Below the pieces are notes generated by a model. The model was not told the DNA's origin, did not search any database, and saw only the letters and a list, made by a program, of their open reading frames with translations. A DNA stretch of 64,000 bases from Octopus vulgaris (taxonomy: Eukaryota). Shown one piece after another: positions 61,690 to 64,000 of the stretch. The position numbers were made by a program, and so were the translations under genes. The first letter of the stretch is position 1; each line of letters starts with the position of its first letter. The stretch lies in assembly GCA_951406725.2 (NCBI GenBank), contig OX597817.1, positions 35,340,001 to 35,404,000 on the forward strand, written 5' to 3'.

Positions 61690-62700
61690 ATTCCGAGGTA
61701 GTTGTAAGTTTGTTACTGCTCGAGTTCTTTTATGATTGTGTCAACATCCAACACCACCGAATGTGAGGTCTTTGGTTTTCCTTTCTGGAAAGTGGCCTTG
61801 GCACATTTATCAAGACCAAATTCCATCCCAATGTCATCAATGAATGGTTTCACAGTACGTAGTAGTCCTTCAAGCTCATTATCGTCTTCGCCATAGAGTT
61901 TTAAGTCATCCATTTAAAATAGATAACTTACTTTCTCGTCGCCAGTTTTATATCCATACCCTGTTTTGTTAAGCTCACTTGTATTGGGTATTAGGGCTAT
62001 GCAGAAAATTAAGGGTGAAAGTGAATCACCTTGGAAAATGTCGCAGTTGATATTAATATTTCTTGTGGTCAGTACTCCATTAGAATGGTATAATTGGAGA
62101 TTCGTATTCCACACTGACATGTTGCGCTTCAGGAAGCTTGAAATCACAGGAGAAATTTTGAAGATATTCAGCGATTTCAAGATCCATGAATGCGGTATGC
62201 TGTCGAAGGCCTTTTTATAATCAATCAATGCAGAACTGAGATTATGAAAGTTATCAAGGATCATGGGATTGATTAAGAGTTGGTCTTTGCATTGATATGA
62301 GACTCGTCGACACCCTTTTTGTTCAGTGAGGAAAATATCGTTCTGTTCCATAAATTTGTATGTTTTCTCCATGAGGATGGATGTTAAAATTTTATACGAG
62401 GGATATTAAAATTTTATACATGTTACGGGCAGATAGTTTTGGGGAAATTTGGTTTCATTATTCTTCGGGAGTAGGTCAGTAATAACTCTTGCTAACCAAT
62501 CAGTGTTTCTGTAGGATCTCTCATAATTTCATTGAATAACTAGACTAAGTTTTCGTGTGCGCACGGGAGCGGGGCGAACCAGAAACTTGGTACCCTATCA
62601 TTACCAGGAAATTTCCACTTACGTACTTTCGTGAGTGTCATCCTTAGGTCTGCTATTGTGATGCCTTCTCATGCTTGTTATGGTAAGTTTTGGTAGGATC
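61690..62700 (-). mobile_element. R4/Dong-clade LINE reverse transcriptase fragment
   Basis: EQKGCRR, KDQLLI, IDYKKAFDSIPHSW, IFQGDSLSPLIF, MDDLKLY, GMEFGLDKCA, YNYLG. Confidence 0.85.
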
Positions 62701-62702
62701 CA

Positions 62703-62755
<53 letters not shown>

Positions 62756-64000
62756 TTTGATGAAAACTCTCAGCTAATTTTGCTGGGTATGAAAGCAAGT
62801 GTCAGCTGTCCACAGTCAACAGACTAAGGTGACACTTGCTTACTGGTTGAGCTTTAAGAACTTTGCGAAGAATTCTTGCAGTTCCAAGCAATGCTGATTT
62901 TTATAGGTGTTCTATCTCTACATTTGTACCAATCTTTTTCAGTCATGTTGGTAGTGAGTGCTGATACTTCTGAGTATGCCAATTACTATTGGTATCACGA
63001 CTACTCTCCTCATTGATCACAACCTTCGTATTTCCCACTTCAAGTCCTCACACTTGTTTAGTTTTTCTTCTTTCTCTTTGATCCTATTGTCACCGGAACA
63101 TGGTATGTCGATTATCATCCATATTCTTACTTTTTTTTTATTCACTACAACAATGTCAGGTTTCTGATGTCTGGTCAGGCGATCGCACTGTATGATTGCA
63201 TCTCACAGGATTTTGCAATCTTCATTCTCGATGACTTCTTCTGCGGTTTGCTCATACTACGCCTTTGCTCTATGTAGGCCGTGATTTCCACAGAACTCCA
63301 AATGGACCATTCTTTCCACGTTGTCAAGTCATCTTTTGTATTTGTGTTGTGCCAATTTAATGCATTCGCTAAAGATGTGCCATACCGTTTCACCCCTGTC
63401 ATCACACATTCTGCATTTATCGCTGTCAGTAGTGTTGTCTATTCTTCATTTTATGTAGTTGGTCCTTAACACTTGCTCTCGAGCTGCGCATATGAGTGCT
63501 TCTGTCTCTATTTTTAAGTCACTCCACATCATCCATAGACACCGGTCTTCTGTTACTGTCTTGGCACTTGTATCTTTTGCAAACTGACCGAACATTTTTT
63601 TCTCTTTCCATGCTGCTTCTTTTTTTTGTGTTCTTTTCTTCTTTAAGCTTTTCTTTCTTTATACAATTATGAATTTTGATGACGCTGGACTTCTTCATAT
63701 GCTTCAGCAATGGTTCCACGGTGTTTATTTTTTACATATCACCCTAAGCTGTTTCCCTCTGCTTCAATACAATCCTGGCAACCGCTCAAACCATTCCCAC
63801 CCTATCTTCTGGACAAGTACAGCCTATCGTTGTTAATCTTAGGATGGAAGGCTCCGTGCACTGTCAATATTTTTCTTGTCTTCGTATCCATGTTCACCAG
63901 TTCTTTCTTTTGCCATTTTATGATTCCAGCTCCATACTGAGGTGATGCTATTGCCCTTGTGTTTACTGCTTGGATTTTTATTCAACCGGTCAATTTTGAG
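62703..64000 (-). mobile_element. Second R4/Dong-like LINE, 3' portion (RLE domain), ending in a (TAA)n tract; runs off the window
   Basis: YGAGIIKW..MDTKTRK..HPK..RLYL, PDIVV, IIDIP and KSALLGTARILRKVL on the minus strand; (TTA)n at 62703-62757. Confidence 0.8.

Overview
AT-rich, repeat-dense eukaryotic genomic DNA. It is most likely an octopus: this is inferred from the tRNA-SINE, RTE-tail and microsatellite landscape, not from a database hit. The window holds one host gene on the + strand, an SLC49A4/DIRC2-like MFS lysosomal transporter. I reconstructed it by hand as 12 coding exons from ATG 13817 to TAA 51683, with all introns GT-AG, consistent phases, a 1449-nt CDS and a 482-aa product. 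The introns and flanks carry a near full-length antisense CR1-type LINE, a 5'-truncated RTE LINE, R4/Dong-like and other LINE relics, a hAT transposase relic, several piggyBac, mariner, pogo and Helitron-type non-autonomous elements, at least five SINE-like families, and mini- and microsatellites. Four observations stand out. (1) The CR1 ORF1/ORF2 junction has a G GGA AAC slippery heptamer directly before the ORF1 stop, and ORF2 has no usable AUG, making it a candidate -1 programmed frameshift. (2) A PHD-type zinc finger sits inside the RTE reverse transcriptase region. (3) Several short-range duplications of local sequence bracket individual exons, in inverted or direct orientation. (4) Intronic foldbacks are candidate ADAR or back-splicing substrates. 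There are no prokaryotic features and no CRISPR array. Repeat boundaries were read by eye and are approximate.
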